A stretch of DNA of 34,362 bases from an uncultured Erysipelotrichaceae bacterium (GTDB taxonomy: Bacteria; Bacillota_I; Bacilli_A; RFN20; CAG-288), in the NCBI GenBank assembly GCA_902771745.1, contig CACXYG010000004.1, positions 1-34,362 of the forward strand, in the 5' to 3' direction. The position numbers and the translations under genes were made by a program. Shown here in pieces: positions 33,599 through 34,362 of this stretch. Below the pieces are notes generated by a model, which saw nothing but the letters and a program-made list of their open reading frames with translations, was not told the origin of the DNA and made no database searches. Every line of letters begins with the position of its first letter. The stretch's first letter is position 1.

Positions 33599-34216
33599 AT
33601 GAACCAGATCAAAACGGGTAAGTTTATCGCTGACTGTCGTAAAAGTAAAAATATGACGCAGATGCAGTTAGCGGAAAAACTAGGATTGACAGATAGAGCA
33701 ATATCCAAATGGGAATGTGGTAAGTCTATGCCTGATGCTTCTATCATGCTTGATCTTTGTAAAGAGTTAGACATCAGCGTCAACGAACTATTAACAGGAG
33801 AAAGATTAGAAATGAAAGACTATAACAAACAAGCGGAAGAGAATTTACTTCAGATGACCAAAAGAAAAGAAGAAGCAGATAAAAGACTTTTAGCAGCGGA
33901 AATCGCTTTAGGTACTATTTCGACAATATTCCTTTTGACTTTGGTATTATTGGCTGCCTTATTACCGATGGAAGTCTGGTTGAGAATTGTCTTGATTGTC
34001 ACGGGATTCATCTTCTTTATCATCGCTATCTATTTCTGTTTGAAAATTGAACAGAAAGCCGGATATTATGAATGCGAGCATTGTCATCATCGTTATGTTC
34101 CGAGTTTTTCTAGTGTCTTATGGGCTCCCCATATGGGAAGAACCAGATATATGAAATGCCCACATTGCCATAAACATTCTTGGCAGAAGAAGGTTATTTC
34201 TGAAAAAGAGGAATAA
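33599..34216 (+). CDS. Membrane-anchored XRE-family HTH regulator with two TM helices and a C-terminal zinc ribbon (205 aa)
   Basis: The ATG at 33599 follows AAGGAGGA. The HTH reads MTQMQLAEKLGLTDRAISKWECGKSMPDASIMLDLCKELDISVNELL. The TM helices are IALGTISTIFLLTLVLLAALLPM and IVLIVTGFIFFIIAIYFCL. The C-terminus has CEHC...CPHC. Confidence 0.8.
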   Translation: MNQIKTGKFIADCRKSKNMTQMQLAEKLGLTDRAISKWECGKSMPDASIMLDLCKELDISVNELLTGERLEMKDYNKQAEENLLQMTKRKEEADKRLLAAEIALGTISTIFLLTLVLLAALLPMEVWLRIVLIVTGFIFFIIAIYFCLKIEQKAGYYECEHCHHRYVPSFSSVLWAPHMGRTRYMKCPHCHKHSWQKKVISEKEE

Positions 34217-34264
34217 TTGGAACGTGAGCTTTCCAACGTGTTGTTGAAGGGGCGAATTAAGCGA

Positions 34265-34320
34265 AGAAAAAAGGGGCTGTCCAACCACATAGATATGTGT
34301 GAACGGGCAGCCCTTTTCTG
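34265..34320. terminator. Stem-loop terminator, possibly bidirectional, downstream of the XRE gene
   Basis: GGGCTGTCC (34274-34282) pairs with GGGCAGCCC (34305-34313) as 9 bp with one G-U pair. It is flanked by an A-run upstream and TTTTC downstream. Confidence 0.5.
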
Positions 34321-34362
34321 TAGAATTGAACTTTAATTCTTGTCTTGGTAGAATAAAAAGAG

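Overview
The window is a low-GC (about 40-48% by hand spot counts), densely coding Bacillota-type chromosomal segment. I could not run any searches, so every call rests on motifs read from the ORF track and hand-counted DNA features (hairpin and promoter coordinates are +/-2 nt).

Core content:
- A conserved housekeeping block on the minus strand: nth, dnaD, a short CCA-type nucleotidyltransferase, hup, gpsA, der, cmk.
- tRNA-Thr(CGU), immediately followed by a GC-rich IS3-family insertion sequence with a programmed -1 frameshift.
- A HAD phosphatase and oligoendopeptidase F.
- A five-gene island of lipobox lipoproteins with Ser-rich linkers.
- glpK, an acidic Pro/Glu-rich protein with four DUF1508 repeats, and glyA.
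- A seven-gene rnfC-D-G-E-A-orf90-B operon.
- A small tail cluster: a zinc-ribbon protein, a HAD-like hydrolase and a membrane-anchored XRE regulator.

No CRISPR array, prophage or recognisable defence or toxin system is visible. Most of the window is ordinary.

Most noteworthy observations:
1. A sharp compositional breakpoint at about nt 2010. A GC-rich (about 60-68%) ABC ATPase-permease gene runs in frame into a 5'-truncated clpB, giving one 1247-aa ORF. This is either an assembly chimera or a very recent foreign-DNA junction.
2. A non-canonical end to the Rnf operon. RnfB is only 109 aa (TM helix plus Cys4 Fe-S domain, no ferredoxin-type 4Fe-4S domains). It is preceded by an unannotated 90-aa membrane protein with the same C-x2-C-x4-C spacing, and RnfE carries a 59-aa Lys/Ala-rich tail.
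3. Palindromic operator candidates over the rnf promoter.
4. The lipoprotein island, which includes an 884-aa protein of about nine modules.
5. A naturally minimal (229 aa) class-II nucleotidyltransferase.
6. A tRNA-Thr with C instead of U at T-loop position 55.
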